This document shows, piece after piece, positions 1 to 10,363 of a stretch of 64,000 nucleotides of DNA (positions within the stretch are counted from its first letter, which is position 1; every line of letters starts with the position of its first letter). The position numbers and the translations under genes were made by a program. The notes under the pieces were generated by a model. It was not told the DNA's origin. It worked only from the letters and a program-made list of their open reading frames with translations, and searched no databases. The stretch lies in the NCBI GenBank assembly GCA_963794225.1, contig CAWCCS010000002.1, positions 815,547-879,546 on the forward strand. The letters run 5' to 3'. This stretch comes from an uncultured Alphaproteobacteria bacterium (GTDB lineage: Bacteria > Pseudomonadota > Alphaproteobacteria > Rhizobiales > Xanthobacteraceae).

Positions 1-1345
1 CCAGTTCATCCGTCGCGGAAGCTGCCACTTCAACGCTGCCGAATGCTTCGTTGGAGGTCTTAACCGCGCCAGACGTGTGCGCGGTGCTCTCGTTTGAGGT
101 GACCGATAGTGCGGTCGCCGTCGACTTCATGGTGTCGACGCTGTCGGCGACTGTCTTTAAGACTCCTTCGACGCTTTCGCGGAACCAGGCGATGGCTTCC
201 TCAACCGCGGCGCGGCGCGCCTCCTGCTCGACGAGTGACGCGTTTTTCCGTTCCGCGGCGCGGCGTTCAGTGATGTCATCATGCGTTCCGACCCAATAAT
301 TGGAACCGGGTATCGGCCGATTAACGACGGAGATGGCTCGTCCATCCGGCGCCTCAGCGACAAAACGCTGAATTTTTCCGGCAGCCATGTTTTGGAGAAT
401 TTCAGCGCAATACTCCGCCGGGTCGCGTTGCAAGGTGCCCGTTTTGCTGCGCTCGTGGATGACGTCGATGAGCGTGGCGCCTGGCTTCACCACATCCGGC
501 GACAGGGCGTACATGGTGCAATATTGATCGTTGCGGACGACAAGGCGTCCGTTCATGTCGAACATGACGACGCCCTGGGTCATGTTGTCGAGGGCGATTC
601 CGAGAAGGCGCCCTTTATCGTCCAGCCGGCGATCAGCGGCGGCGCTGATCAAGCTCATCCCCAGTATCGCCATCGCTACGCTGGCAACGGCGATAGCGAG
701 GGAACCTGGCGATAGCGAAAGTGCCGTGAAACTACGCGCCGGATCCGGAACGATATCTACCGCTCCCATGGCCGTGAAGTGATGCGAAACGATGGCAAGC
801 GTAAGAAGCAGAGCGGAGGCCAAAAGCGCGCGCCATCCTTCCCAGCGCACGGCGACGGAAAGTGCCGCCACACCCAATACCATGCCAAGAACAATGGAGG
901 CGATGACGAGCGGAAGGTCCCACTCCACGTGGCCGGGCAGTTCGACTGCCGCCATCCCGAGATAGTGCATGCAAGCGACGCCCGCGCCGATGATGCCGCC
1001 GCCTATCGGAGCGCCCCACCGGGCCGGGAAAATAACCGCAACGGCCAACCCACTCGTAGTGACCAACGCCGCGGCTACCAGCGACAATGTCGTTAGATTG
1101 ACGTCATAGGCGATCGGAATGCCGGGCTCGTATGCCAGCATCGCCAGGAAGTGAGTGGCCCATATGCCGCAGCCGGCTGCAACCCCAGCGGCTGCGATCC
1201 AGATTGCGCTTGCACGGCCGGCCGTCGAACGCGCGCGATAAAACAGCGTAATCGCCGTGAGGCTCGACAGAAAGCAGACGATCCCCGCAACGACGACCAA
1301 GCGCCAGTCGTGCTGTGTCGTCAAACAAGTCAGTGTACGAAACAT
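1..1345 (-). CDS. MHYT-domain / PAS / methyl-accepting chemotaxis (MCP) signalling protein, N-terminal about 448 codons; the 3' end runs off the window
   Basis: Manual minus-strand translation from ATG 1345..1343 gives MFRTLTCLTTQHDWRLVVVAGIVCF... with no stop down to position 1. It has TM helices with MHYT-type motifs (ATHFLAML, CMHYLGMAA, SHHFTAMGA). A PAS-like block follows (LDNMTQGVVMFDMNGRLVVRNDQY...). The end is MCP-like (TMKSTATALSVTSNESTAHTSGAVKTSNEAFGSVEVAASATDEL). It is absent from the ORF track because no stop lies in the window. Confidence 0.8.
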   Translation of the reverse strand, partial: MFRTLTCLTTQHDWRLVVVAGIVCFLSSLTAITLFYRARSTAGRASAIWIAAAGVAAGCGIWATHFLAMLAYEPGIPIAYDVNLTTLSLVAAALVTTSGLAVAVIFPARWGAPIGGGIIGAGVACMHYLGMAAVELPGHVEWDLPLVIASIVLGMVLGVAALSVAVRWEGWRALLASALLLTLAIVSHHFTAMGAVDIVPDPARSFTALSLSPGSLAIAVASVAMAILGMSLISAAADRRLDDKGRLLGIALDNMTQGVVMFDMNGRLVVRNDQYCTMYALSPDVVKPGATLIDVIHERSKTGTLQRDPAEYCAEILQNMAAGKIQRFVAEAPDGRAISVVNRPIPGSNYWVGTHDDITERRAAERKNASLVEQEARRAAVEEAIAWFRESVEGVLKTVADSVDTMKSTATALSVTSNESTAHTSGAVKTSNEAFGSVEVAASATDEL

Positions 1346-1429
1346 CGCGCGAGGTCGTGTGCGTGTGTAATGATCGTCGCAACTCGCCCACTACCTAGCC
1401 AAGATCAATTTACGCTTCGTTAATCAACT

Positions 1430-2203
1430 TCAAATGCTCATCCCGCCGTCGACCATGAGCAGACTGCCGGTCGTGAAACTCGAGGCGTCGGAGGCGAGAA
1501 AAAGCACCGAACGGGCTACCTCCTCGGGACGGACGTGACGGTGCAGTGGGATGATGTCATTGAAGAACTGCGTGCCGTCGCGGCCGATGATCGTGCCCAA
1601 TTTCTGTTCGACGTTCAATTGAAACGCGTTGTCCACCGGGCCGGGATGCAGGGTGTTGACGCGGATGTTGCGGCCCGCGAGCTCCTTGGCCAGCACCCGC
1701 ATCAGGCCGACTTGAGCGTGCTTGGCGGTGATGTAGCCGTAAACGCCGGGGTCGCCGGTTACGCCGGCGACGCTGGAGGTGATGATGATCGAGCCGCCGT
1801 CGTTCATGTGCGGCACCGCGTGCTTGGCGGCGAGAAATGCGCCTTTGACGTGCACGGCAAGGACCGAGTCAAATACATCTTCGGGATATTCGCTGATCGG
1901 CGCGACGGTGCCGAAATTTCCCGCGTTGCTAAACAGAACGTCGATCTTGCCGAACCGGCTCACAGTACGTGCGATTGCATTTTTGACTTGATCCGATTTG
2001 GTCACGTCGGCCGCACACCAAGCAAGGTTGTCAACGCTGGAGTCACCGCCAATGCGCGCCGCAGCTTCCTTCAGTGCGGCCTCATTCAGATCAGTGAGCA
2101 TCACCTTCGCCCCTTCGGCATGAAGAAGCTTTGCCGACGCCAGACCGATACTGCCGGCGCCGCCGGTGATGACGCAAACCTTGCCCTGCATTTGTTTCGC
2201 CAT
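1430..2203 (-). CDS. SDR-family short-chain dehydrogenase/reductase
   Basis: 257 aa. It has the Rossmann motif VITGGAGSIG, NAG, and the catalytic YxxxK (YITAKHA). Confidence 0.9.
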   Translation of the reverse strand: MAKQMQGKVCVITGGAGSIGLASAKLLHAEGAKVMLTDLNEAALKEAAARIGGDSSVDNLAWCAADVTKSDQVKNAIARTVSRFGKIDVLFSNAGNFGTVAPISEYPEDVFDSVLAVHVKGAFLAAKHAVPHMNDGGSIIITSSVAGVTGDPGVYGYITAKHAQVGLMRVLAKELAGRNIRVNTLHPGPVDNAFQLNVEQKLGTIIGRDGTQFFNDIIPLHRHVRPEEVARSVLFLASDASSFTTGSLLMVDGGMSI

Positions 2204-2336
2204 TGTTCCCCTCCCACCGCGGCGAACCTAGCGGCGCAAGCCGGGTCGGCGCAATGCTCCTTCTCAACTATAGTGCCGGCATGGACGCGATGAATCGCTT
2301 GCATTGCGGGTCGTCGCCTCGATGGGGAGCAAGTCT

Positions 2337-3218
2337 ATGAAGATTGGAATTGTCGGGTTGGGCCGAATGGGCGTGGCAATATCGCAGCGGCTGCGCCAGC
2401 AAGGTTTCGACGTGATCGGTTGGGATCATAATGCAGATACCAACCGACAGCTGGCGGCGGACGGTCTGCAGATTGCCGCCAATGCCCGAGGCGTTGCGGC
2501 CGAGGCAGCTATCGTCATTTCCAGCATCACCGAAGACCATGGTGTGCGCGGTATCTTCAACGGCGCGGCGGGCTTTCTCGAAGGCGACGTGAACGGCAAG
2601 CTATTCATCGAAATGAGCACGCTCCAACCGATGACCGGCCGCGAACTGGCGCCGCAGGTTGAAGCCGAGGGTGCGCAGCTGATCGAGGCTCCCGTGCTCG
2701 GGACGATTCCTCAGGCCCGTGAAGGCAAGCTGTTGGCGATGGTCGGCGGACGGCCAGAGGATCTTGAACGCGCCCGCCCGCTGCTCGAAAAGCTGACGGC
2801 GCGCATCGCCTATATGGGTCCGAATGGCGCCGGCTACGCGATGAAGCTCGCGGCTAATCTTGGTCTCGGCGGCTATGTGCAAGCGCTCGCGGAATCGCTC
2901 GCACTCGGTTTGAAGCAAGGCCTGACACTCGAACAGATGCTGGATGTTATTCAGGACGGGCCCTACGCCAGCGGCTGGCTCAAGGCCAAGCTTGACGTTT
3001 TCAAGGGTGGCCAGGCCGAGATGACACTCGACATTCGCACGCTGCGAAAGGATCTCATGTCGGCGGTCGCAACTGGAGCGCTTAACGGCGTGCCGATGCC
3101 GCTGGCGGCCGGAACGCTGGCTTCGCTGTCGGCGGCAGTCGCCGCCAATTATGGCGACCGCGACCTCGCTGAGCTGCCGAAATTTCTGCGCGAGACCATG
3201 CTGCAGAATTTCGGTTAG
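2337..3218 (+). CDS. NAD(P)-dependent beta-hydroxyacid dehydrogenase (3-hydroxyisobutyrate / 6-phosphogluconate dehydrogenase-like)
   Basis: Starts MKIGIVGLGRMG (dinucleotide fold) with GGGGAG upstream of the ATG at 2337. The ORF-track start at 2304 is probably an upstream extension. Confidence 0.85.
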   Translation: MKIGIVGLGRMGVAISQRLRQQGFDVIGWDHNADTNRQLAADGLQIAANARGVAAEAAIVISSITEDHGVRGIFNGAAGFLEGDVNGKLFIEMSTLQPMTGRELAPQVEAEGAQLIEAPVLGTIPQAREGKLLAMVGGRPEDLERARPLLEKLTARIAYMGPNGAGYAMKLAANLGLGGYVQALAESLALGLKQGLTLEQMLDVIQDGPYASGWLKAKLDVFKGGQAEMTLDIRTLRKDLMSAVATGALNGVPMPLAAGTLASLSAAVAANYGDRDLAELPKFLRETMLQNFG

Positions 3219-3480
3219 CCGGTGAACTCGCGTCGGCTGTTATCGCAGACGCTTGTTCGAACGAGATTTCGATTGGTACTTGCTGCGCGCACGCGGCTCC
3301 GCTTTCGCCACGGCGTCCAGGCCCCCGGTCACGAATGGCAGCATCTCGGCGATGGCGATGTCAACTCCATGGAGCGCCGTATCAGGCACAAGGCGGTTTC
3401 GCTTGCGCGCCAGACTGCAGCACCGCCTTCGTTCGACTGAAACTCCTAAAAGTGACCGCATTCGCAAAAGGACAAAACCG

Positions 3481-4458
3481 ATGACCAAATGGCAATACAC
3501 CAAAGGACTGCATGATCTCGGGCGCGGTTGCTTTGCCTATTTGCAGCCGGACGGCTCTTGGGGTTGGAGCAACGCAGGTCTGATTGCCGATGGCGACCAG
3601 ACTCTCCTCGTTGACACGCTGTTCGACCTGCCGCTCACCGCCGAGATGCTCGCGACCATGCGCGATGCGGTTCCGGCGGCTCGCAATATCCGCAAGCTCA
3701 TCAATACCCATGCGAACGGCGACCACACGTTCGGGAATCAGCTGGTAACAGGAGCCGAAATCATCGCCTGCCGGGCGTGCGCGGAGGAATATGCCGAAGC
3801 GCCTCCGGATGCGTTCGCGGCGCGGGCCGCAGTCATGCAGGCCGCCGGCGAGGGTGGCGCGTTCTTTCACGAAATTATGGGCAGCCGCTTTGATTGGCGT
3901 GGCCTGGTCAATACCCCGCCGACGACGTTGTTCGACCAGACCATGGAAGTCACGGTTGGCAACAAGCGCCTGGTCCTCACTCACCTGGGGCCGGCGCACA
4001 CCCGCGGTGACGTTCTGGTCCATGTGCCCGCGGACCGCATTCTCTACACCGGCGACCTGCTGTTCGTCGGAGGCCATCCGGTGATCTGGTCGGGCCCGAT
4101 CGGAAACTGGATCAAGGCCTGCGACTACATTCTGGGGCTCGACGTCGACATCATCGTGCCGGGCCACGGGCCGATCGCGGAAAAGCCCGCGGTTCGCGAG
4201 CTGAAAGCCTATTTCGAATACATCGCGGCCGAAGCGCGCCGGCATTTCGACAACGATGTGCCCTACGAAATCGCAGCGCAGAAAATAAGTCTCGACCGCT
4301 TTGTTTCCTGGCTCGATCCGGAGCGGATGGTCATCAACGTCGCATCTTTGTATCGCGAGTTTTCAGGATCGAAAGCGCCGCTCGACCGCCTGATGATGTT
4401 CGCGGGAATGAAGCGATATCGGGACGCATGCGGGCATGGCCATACAACGCACGCGTAA
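3481..4458 (+). CDS. MBL-fold metallo-hydrolase
   Basis: The recognisable domain starts at MTKWQYTKGLHDLG. The metal motif is THANGDHTFG, with later HTRGD and PGHGP. The first 76 codons of the track ORF (3253..) are Arg/Ser-rich junk. Confidence 0.8.
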   Translation: MTKWQYTKGLHDLGRGCFAYLQPDGSWGWSNAGLIADGDQTLLVDTLFDLPLTAEMLATMRDAVPAARNIRKLINTHANGDHTFGNQLVTGAEIIACRACAEEYAEAPPDAFAARAAVMQAAGEGGAFFHEIMGSRFDWRGLVNTPPTTLFDQTMEVTVGNKRLVLTHLGPAHTRGDVLVHVPADRILYTGDLLFVGGHPVIWSGPIGNWIKACDYILGLDVDIIVPGHGPIAEKPAVRELKAYFEYIAAEARRHFDNDVPYEIAAQKISLDRFVSWLDPERMVINVASLYREFSGSKAPLDRLMMFAGMKRYRDACGHGHTTHA

Positions 4459-4534
4459 AAGGGACGCCGACACCACCAGCTCGGACGAGACGATCAAAGT
4501 AGAGGTTGACGCCGCGCTGGCAGCTGAACTTCAG

Positions 4535-5074
4535 CTAGTGGAGGACGTCAAGCCTTACCTTGGCAACGCCCTGATCGACAATTCCCAAGGATTCGGCTGC
4601 GGAATACGACAGGTCGACATCGCGGCCCTGGACGAACGGACCGCGGTCATTGACTCGAACTGTCACCGTGCGCCCGGTCTCCGGATTTGTCACGCGCAAC
4701 ATGGTACCGAACGGCAAGGTCCGGTGCGCCGCCGTTAAGGCCTCCGGGTCAATTTTTTCGCCGTTCGCTGTTTCCGTGCCTTCCACATAAAAGCTCGCGA
4801 CTGCATACTTTTCGCCGGCGTGTTGGCCCCGCGCGAGCGGATTGTGCTTGCCGATCCTAAGGGCGGCGAGCGACGTTGACCGACTGGCGGCGCGGTATCC
4901 GGATTTGTTGCTGACGACAGAGGTTTGTGCACAAGCGGCAAGAAGCGCCATTGACAGCACAACGGCGGACAATCGGGCTGCATTGTGCAATTTCGCCAAT
5001 GAACGTTCATCGAAACTGGCGCGCCGCGCAGCAATGTCGAGGCGCAAATTCTTGGCGCAGTCGGTGATACGCAT
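4535..5074 (-). CDS. rlpA: RlpA-family septal ring lytic transglycosylase-like lipoprotein
   Basis: Lipobox-like LLAAC. The double-psi beta-barrel block is ASFYVEGTETANGEKIDPEALTAAHRTLPFGTMLRVTNPETGRTVTVRVNDRGPF. Confidence 0.85.
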   Translation of the reverse strand: MRITDCAKNLRLDIAARRASFDERSLAKLHNAARLSAVVLSMALLAACAQTSVVSNKSGYRAASRSTSLAALRIGKHNPLARGQHAGEKYAVASFYVEGTETANGEKIDPEALTAAHRTLPFGTMLRVTNPETGRTVTVRVNDRGPFVQGRDVDLSYSAAESLGIVDQGVAKVRLDVLH

Positions 5075-5235
5075 TTTACCCCCTTCGGCCGCAGAATGCC
5101 GAAGCCCACCAATTTGCAGATCATTTTACGCTTTTCTCCGTTAACAATCGGATACCAAGCGGCGGTTGTCACAAGCGCGATAAGTCCAACTGGAAACTGT
5201 GGGCGGGCCCGAGATATCGTCTCGGAGGGGGCACT

Positions 5236-6108
5236 ATGGGATTGGCGTTCCGCCTAGCGGCCGGCTTGGGGTTCTGGCTGTGTACGAGCGTCACAGGAGC
5301 GGCGCTCGCGCAATCGGTCAACCCTCCCGAAAAGAGCCAATACTGGCTGTTCAATCCCGTGCCAGACGATCAGATGCGGGATTTCAGCACCGATCGTCCG
5401 CCCAAAGCGTACGTGCCATTCACCGTCGATGCCGGTCACTTCCAGTACGAGACCGACATTGTCAATTTCGCGGATCAGGCGAACGGCCCGACGCGGACTA
5501 ATACTCTCTTGGCGCCGAATCCGACGTTGAAGTTCGGTCTCACCAACAACACCGAACTTGAACTCAACATGCCGATTGTCGGCGTTGCCACGTACAATTC
5601 CGCGACCAGCAGATGGAGCACGACCTGGGGCAACGGCGACCTGTTCGTCCGTGCCAAACTCAATGTGTGGGGCAATGGCGGTGGCACGAGCGCGCTTGCG
5701 TTCATTCCCTACATCAAGGCCCCGACCGCGGCGCCGGGGATTGGGAACGGCGCGGTCGAGGAAGGCCTCATCGCGCCGCTATCGTTCAGCCTTCCCAGCG
5801 GATTCACGCTTCTGTTTAATTCCGAGATCGACGAACTCAAGGACAGCGTGGGAGACGGACAACACGCCAACTACGTCAATGTGGTGAATCTGAGCCACCA
5901 GGTCATCGACAAGGACTTCACGCTGTACGTTGAACTATGGTCCGACTACAACAACGATCCGATGCAAAGGACCACGCAGGTGAGCTTCGACACAGCCCTG
6001 GCCTGGACGGTGCGTCCTAATTTGCAATTGGATGTCGGAGCTGATTTCGGCCTCAATGGCGCAACGCCGACCGTCCAAGTTTTCGCAGGCATATCGCAAC
6101 GGTTTTGA
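5236..6108 (+). CDS. Outer-membrane beta-barrel 'transporter' (MetA-pathway phenol-degradation-like family)
   Basis: Signal peptide ends in ALAQS. The block YWLFNPVPDDQMRDFSTDRPPKAYVPFTVDAGHFQYE is followed by alternating beta-strand patterns and a C-terminal F. Confidence 0.7.
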   Translation: MGLAFRLAAGLGFWLCTSVTGAALAQSVNPPEKSQYWLFNPVPDDQMRDFSTDRPPKAYVPFTVDAGHFQYETDIVNFADQANGPTRTNTLLAPNPTLKFGLTNNTELELNMPIVGVATYNSATSRWSTTWGNGDLFVRAKLNVWGNGGGTSALAFIPYIKAPTAAPGIGNGAVEEGLIAPLSFSLPSGFTLLFNSEIDELKDSVGDGQHANYVNVVNLSHQVIDKDFTLYVELWSDYNNDPMQRTTQVSFDTALAWTVRPNLQLDVGADFGLNGATPTVQVFAGISQRF

Positions 6109-6179
6109 TGGCGTGCGTGTGCCGACCCGTTTTGCGCCGCCAACGGAGCGATTGCGATCGGGAAAACCCGAGACTTAGG

Positions 6180-6255
6180 TGGTGCCCAGGGGCGGAATTG
6201 AACCACCGACACCTGCATTTTCAGTGCAGTGCTCTACCAACTGAGCTACCTGGGC
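6180..6255 (-). tRNA. tRNA-Phe (anticodon GAA), CCA encoded
   Basis: The reverse complement is GCCCAGGTAGCTCAGTTGGTAGAGCACTGCACTGAAAATGCAGGTGTCGGTGGTTCAATTCCGCCCCTGGGCACCA. The 7-bp acceptor stem is GCCCAGG/CCTGGGC. The anticodon stem-loop is CTGCA-CTGAAAA-TGCAG, and a T-loop TTCAATT is present. Confidence 0.95.
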
Positions 6256-6343
6256 GCCCGCTTTACGTGACCTTTTGTGGGCACGCCCGAGCGCGGTTTT
6301 TATAGAGGCTCGACTTCGAGCTGTCCAGAATAGGCTCCGGCGA

Positions 6344-6544
6344 TCAGTTCGCCGTTTCGCCGCTTTCGTCGCGGCGTTCATCTTCTTCCTCATCTTCCGC
6401 GACCGGCACGGCGTAAACGCCGGATAGCCAGCGATTGAGGTCGACGTCGGCACATCGCGGCGAACAGAACGGACGGAACTCTTTTACGGCGGGCTTACCG
6501 CAGATCGGACAGGCGTTACGGCGCTGAACATCGGGCATGAGCAA
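6344..6544 (-). CDS. yacG: DNA gyrase inhibitor YacG (zinc finger)
   Basis: 66 aa with CPICGKP...FCSPRCADVDLNRWL and an acidic tail. Confidence 0.85.
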   Translation of the reverse strand: MLMPDVQRRNACPICGKPAVKEFRPFCSPRCADVDLNRWLSGVYAVPVAEDEEEDERRDESGETAN

Positions 6545-6580
6545 AACATAGGTAGCACGCTGCGCCGGACCAATCGGCGT

Positions 6581-7204
6581 TCACAGCGCGTTGAGCCAGC
6601 CAAAATGTATCGGGTAGCCTTCGCCGCTCAGGAGCGACGCGGTTTCATAGAGCGGCAGTCCGACGACGCTGGAATACGAACCGACAATCTTCACGATAAA
6701 AGAGCCGGCGATGCCCTGTGCCGCGTAGCCGCCGGCCTTGCCGCGCCATTCGCCGGAGGCGAGGTAGGCCTCGATGTCCTCATCCGACAGCCGCTTGAAC
6801 CGCACGCGCGTCTCCACGTAACGCTGCCGATACGTTTCCTTCGGCGTCACCAGGCACACTGCGGTGTGGACGCGATGATTGCGCCCGGACAGGAGCCGCA
6901 AACATTGCGCGGCTTCGTCAAGCAGCTCCGCCTTCGGCAGAATGCGGCGGCCGACCGCGACCACGGTGTCGGCGGCAAGGATAAACGATCCCTTCAGCTC
7001 CTCATCAAGCCGCACCATCGCGAGCGCGGCTTCGGCCTTGCTGCGCGCCAGCCGTGTGGCGCAGGCGCGCGGCAATTCACCCCGTTTCGGCGTCTCATCG
7101 ACGTCGGCCGGGCGCAGCGCATCGGGTTCGATGCCCGCCTGATTAACAAGCGCCAGCCGACGCGGCGAGCCGGAGGCAAGGACGAATTTTGGTCGGCCGA
7201 TCAT
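6581..7204 (-). CDS. maf: Maf-family nucleoside triphosphate pyrophosphatase
   Basis: 207 aa with LASGSPRR near the N-terminus and GAYGIQG-like [13 protein letters not shown]. It overlaps the infA stop by 4 nt. Confidence 0.9.
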   Translation of the reverse strand: MIGRPKFVLASGSPRRLALVNQAGIEPDALRPADVDETPKRGELPRACATRLARSKAEAALAMVRLDEELKGSFILAADTVVAVGRRILPKAELLDEAAQCLRLLSGRNHRVHTAVCLVTPKETYRQRYVETRVRFKRLSDEDIEAYLASGEWRGKAGGYAAQGIAGSFIVKIVGSYSSVVGLPLYETASLLSGEGYPIHFGWLNAL

Positions 7205-7419
7205 TTGAACCGGTAGGTGATCCGGCCCTTGGTCAGATCGTAAGGCGTCATCTCTACCAACACTTTATCGCCGGCGAGCACGCGAATGCGATTCTTGCGC
7301 ATGCGGCCTGCAGTGTGGGCGATGATTTCATGCTCATTCTCAAGCTTGACGCGAAAAGTGGCGTTCGGCAGCAATTCCGTGACGACGCCCGGAAATTCCA
7401 GCAGTTCTTCCTTCGCCAT
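7201..7419 (-). CDS. infA: Translation initiation factor IF-1
   Basis: 72 aa: [72 protein letters not shown]. Confidence 0.97.
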   Translation of the reverse strand: MAKEELLEFPGVVTELLPNATFRVKLENEHEIIAHTAGRMRKNRIRVLAGDKVLVEMTPYDLTKGRITYRFK

Positions 7420-7600
7420 TCGTGATCCGGCTCGTTGACATCGACCGCGCCCTTAGCTCGCATTTCGGCCGAAAATTGCGCGGAAAGTAGCGGATGATGG
7501 ACGGTTCTACAACGCCAACTTTCATTGCTTTCCCGTGGCGCGCGGCCCGGTGCGATGCAGAACCCGCATCCTTTAAAGACTGCCCGAGGCGACAACGCAG

Positions 7601-8074
7601 TCACTCGTTGCCCGGGCGCTGGCTGGTAAAGCGTTCCCTGATCCGTTTCAAAAGCTGGTCACGCACTTCGCGGTAAGCGTCGAGCCGTTGCTCGCGGCTG
7701 CCTTCCACATCGGTTGGATCAGCCGTTGGCCAATACTCGACATCGACCGCACTCATACGGGTGAGTTCGAGCGCGCGATGGTGGGCCTCGGGCGCGAGCG
7801 TAATGATGAGGTCGAAATTGAGCCCTTCCAGTTCATCGAGCTCCTCGAAGGTCATGGGCTTATGGCGCGAAATGTCGACGCCGATTTCCGCCATGACGGC
7901 AACCGCAAACGGATCGAGTTCGCCTTTGCGCGAGCCGGCGGAGCCGACATACGTGGTGCGGCCGAACATCTGCCCAAACAGCCCGGCGGCGATCGGCGAG
8001 CGGATGGAATTACGCCCGCACGCAAACAGCACCGCCAGCGGCCGCGTGGAAGATTGTGCTGTGGACGCCGGCAT
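7601..8074 (-). CDS. Low-molecular-weight protein-tyrosine phosphatase / ArsC-like
   Basis: 157 aa with the CX5R(S) active-site loop VLFACGRNSIRSP. Confidence 0.8.
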   Translation of the reverse strand: MPASTAQSSTRPLAVLFACGRNSIRSPIAAGLFGQMFGRTTYVGSAGSRKGELDPFAVAVMAEIGVDISRHKPMTFEELDELEGLNFDLIITLAPEAHHRALELTRMSAVDVEYWPTADPTDVEGSREQRLDAYREVRDQLLKRIRERFTSQRPGNE

Positions 8075-8083
8075 TGCGGCTGC

Positions 8084-8569
8084 CTACCCCTTCCAGTGCA
8101 GCACCGTGACCAGCGTAAACAGACGCCGCGCCGTGTCGAAGTCGACCTCGACCTTGCGCTTGAGCCGCTCCATCAGGATGTGCGAACCTTCGTCGTGCAG
8201 CGCGCGGCGCGCCATATCGAGCGCTTCGATGCGATCCGGGGTCGCGCCGCGGATCGCAGCGTAGTAGCTGTCGCACACCGTGAAATAGTCCTTCACGATG
8301 CGGCTGAACGGAGCCAGCGACAGCAGGTGCGCGATGACCGGCACATCGTCAGCCAACCTGATATCGAAGACAAGACGGTTGCCGTCGATGCGAAGGTGCA
8401 GGGCGTACGGCCCGCCCTCATGGTCCTGCGGCCGAAACGAGTTCTCCTCGATGAGATCATAGATCGCGACCGCGCGCTCATGTTCAACATCGCGGTTCGC
8501 GCGCCCTATTGAAGATTCGTCGAGCGTCACCGCGACCAGCTTGCGGGTTTCGCTGTGGTCGCGCGCCAT
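8084..8569 (-). CDS. UPF0262-family protein
   Basis: The recognisable part starts at [48 protein letters not shown] 8569..8567 overlaps the hisD stop by 1 nt. The track ORF start at 8677 lies inside hisD. Confidence 0.75.
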   Translation of the reverse strand: MARDHSETRKLVAVTLDESSIGRANRDVEHERAVAIYDLIEENSFRPQDHEGGPYALHLRIDGNRLVFDIRLADDVPVIAHLLSLAPFSRIVKDYFTVCDSYYAAIRGATPDRIEALDMARRALHDEGSHILMERLKRKVEVDFDTARRLFTLVTVLHWKG

Positions 8570-9861
8570 TAGCGGTTGAGCCGAATGGCAATCGAGCGGG
8601 CGTGGGCGTCGAGCCCTTCCGCCGTGCCCAGCGTAATCGCCGCATCGGCCAAAGCGCGCAATTGCTCGGGACCGCATTTGAGGATCGAGGTGCGCTTCAT
8701 GAAATCGAGTACGCCCAAGCCTGAAGAAAACCGTGCCGAGCGCGCCGTTGGCAGAACGTGGTTCGAGCCGGCAACATAGTCGCCGATCGCCTCAGGTGTA
8801 TGCGGGCCGATAAAGATTGCGCCGGCGTTGCGGATGCGCCGGGCAAGACCTTCAGCATCGGCCGCGGCAATTTCCAGATGCTCCGGCGCTATCGCGTCGA
8901 CCAGCGGCAGCGCCTCATTAAGGTCGCGCACCAGGATTACGGCACCGAAATCGCGCCACGAAGCGTCGGCGACTTTTCCGCGCGCAAGCTGGCCGAGCGC
9001 GGTCTCGACCGCCCGCTCAACTGCCGTGGCGAGCGCGGCATCGTCGGTAATGAGGATCGCTTGCGCGCTTTCGTCATGCTCAGCCTGCGCCAGCAGATCA
9101 GCCGCAATCCAATCGGCGTTACCGCTGGAGTCGGCGATGATCAGCACCTCCGAGGGTCCAGCCACCATGTCGATACCGACTTTGCCGAATACGATGCGCT
9201 TGGCAGCGGCGACATAGGCGTTGCCCGGCCCCATGATTTTGGCGACCGGAGCGATGGTCTCGGTCCCGTAGGCCAACGCGGCAATCGCTTGCGCGCCGCC
9301 GACGCGATAAATCTCGTCGACGCCGGCAAGTTTCGCAGCTGCAAGCACGAGTGGCGAAACAATGCCACCGGGGGCGGGCACGACCATGACGATGCGCGGC
9401 ACACCGGCAACTTTGGCCGGCACGGCGTTCATCAGCACCGAGGACGGATAAGCGGCGGTACCACCCGGCACGTAGAGCCCGACCGCCTCGATCGCAGTCC
9501 ACCGCGAACCAAGCTCGACGCCGAGCGCGTCGGTGAAGTGGTCGTCCCGCGGCATTTGCCGGCGGTGAAAAACTTCTATGCGATCGCGGGCGAACTTGAG
9601 CGCGTCGAGCACGCCGCGCTCGCAGCTCTTGAATGCTGCGTCGGCCTGTTCCGGCGTGACCCGAAGGCCCACGTCGTTTAGGTCGAAACGATCAAACCGG
9701 CGGGTGTAGTCGCGCAGGGCGTGGTCGCCGCGGATAGCCACGTCGGCTACGATCGCGCGCACAATCGTCTCAACGTCGGCCGAAACTTCGCGCTTGGTAT
9801 CAAGAAAAGCGCGGAATTTTTCCGCAAAATCCACGGCGCGTGTGTCGAGGCGAATGGCCAT
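8569..9861 (-). CDS. hisD: Histidinol dehydrogenase
   Basis: 430 aa with full-length HisD-like sequence (..[12 protein letters not shown].., ..AQAEHD.., ..[13 protein letters not shown]..). Confidence 0.95.
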   Translation of the reverse strand: MAIRLDTRAVDFAEKFRAFLDTKREVSADVETIVRAIVADVAIRGDHALRDYTRRFDRFDLNDVGLRVTPEQADAAFKSCERGVLDALKFARDRIEVFHRRQMPRDDHFTDALGVELGSRWTAIEAVGLYVPGGTAAYPSSVLMNAVPAKVAGVPRIVMVVPAPGGIVSPLVLAAAKLAGVDEIYRVGGAQAIAALAYGTETIAPVAKIMGPGNAYVAAAKRIVFGKVGIDMVAGPSEVLIIADSSGNADWIAADLLAQAEHDESAQAILITDDAALATAVERAVETALGQLARGKVADASWRDFGAVILVRDLNEALPLVDAIAPEHLEIAAADAEGLARRIRNAGAIFIGPHTPEAIGDYVAGSNHVLPTARSARFSSGLGVLDFMKRTSILKCGPEQLRALADAAITLGTAEGLDAHARSIAIRLNR

Positions 9862-10018
9862 CTCGATGCCTTTTGCGCTGCTATACAGCGATGCAGAACG
9901 TCCGACTTATTATAACAATTCTAATGTTTGGCTTTCTGATTGACAAAAGGCGCGCCGTTGACCAATTCCTCGTGTGTCCATGTTATTTAGGGGCGACAAA
10001 CAGCCTCCGTGCCGGGTC

Positions 10019-10363
10019 ATGACAACAAGCACACCTCCGACGCTCTTCTCAATACTCGCGTGCGTATTTGTTTTGAGCATGAGCGCGGCGCGTGCGGATG
10101 AACCGGTGATGCTGTCGCTATCGATCAAGGATCATCAATTTGAACCGGCCGAAGTGCATGCTCCGGCGGGAAAGCCGATCGTATTTACCATCAAGAATCT
10201 CGGCTCGATCGCCTCCGAATTCGAAAGCGGCGTGCTGCATATCGAGAAGGTGATCCCGCCGGGCGGCCAAGCCATCGTTCACGTGCGGCCGCTGGAACCG
10301 GGACGCTATAATTTCTTCGACGATTTCCATCGCCAGACTCAGGGGTTTCTGGTCGTACCGTGA
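10019..10363 (+). CDS. Periplasmic cupredoxin-domain protein (FtrB-like partner of the FTR1 permease)
   Basis: Signal peptide MTTSTPPTLFSILACVFVLSMSAARA. A small beta-sandwich follows (LSIKDHQFEPAEVHAPAGKPIVFTIKNLG...YNFFDDFH). The stop directly abuts the next gene. Confidence 0.7.
   Translation: MTTSTPPTLFSILACVFVLSMSAARADEPVMLSLSIKDHQFEPAEVHAPAGKPIVFTIKNLGSIASEFESGVLHIEKVIPPGGQAIVHVRPLEPGRYNFFDDFHRQTQGFLVVP

Noticed and set aside
3253-3480. 76-codon N-terminal extension of the MBL-fold hydrolase ORF, and the other short ORFs in 3219..3480.
   Set aside because: The composition is Arg/Ser/Thr-rich and no homology-like features precede MTKWQYTKG. The region is more likely a 260-nt intergenic or promoter region.
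6109-6343. tRNA-Phe as a possible genomic-island integration site.
   Set aside because: No integrase, direct repeat of the tRNA 3' end, or compositional break is visible on either side. The neighbours (yacG, maf, infA, and an OMP gene) are ordinary chromosomal genes.
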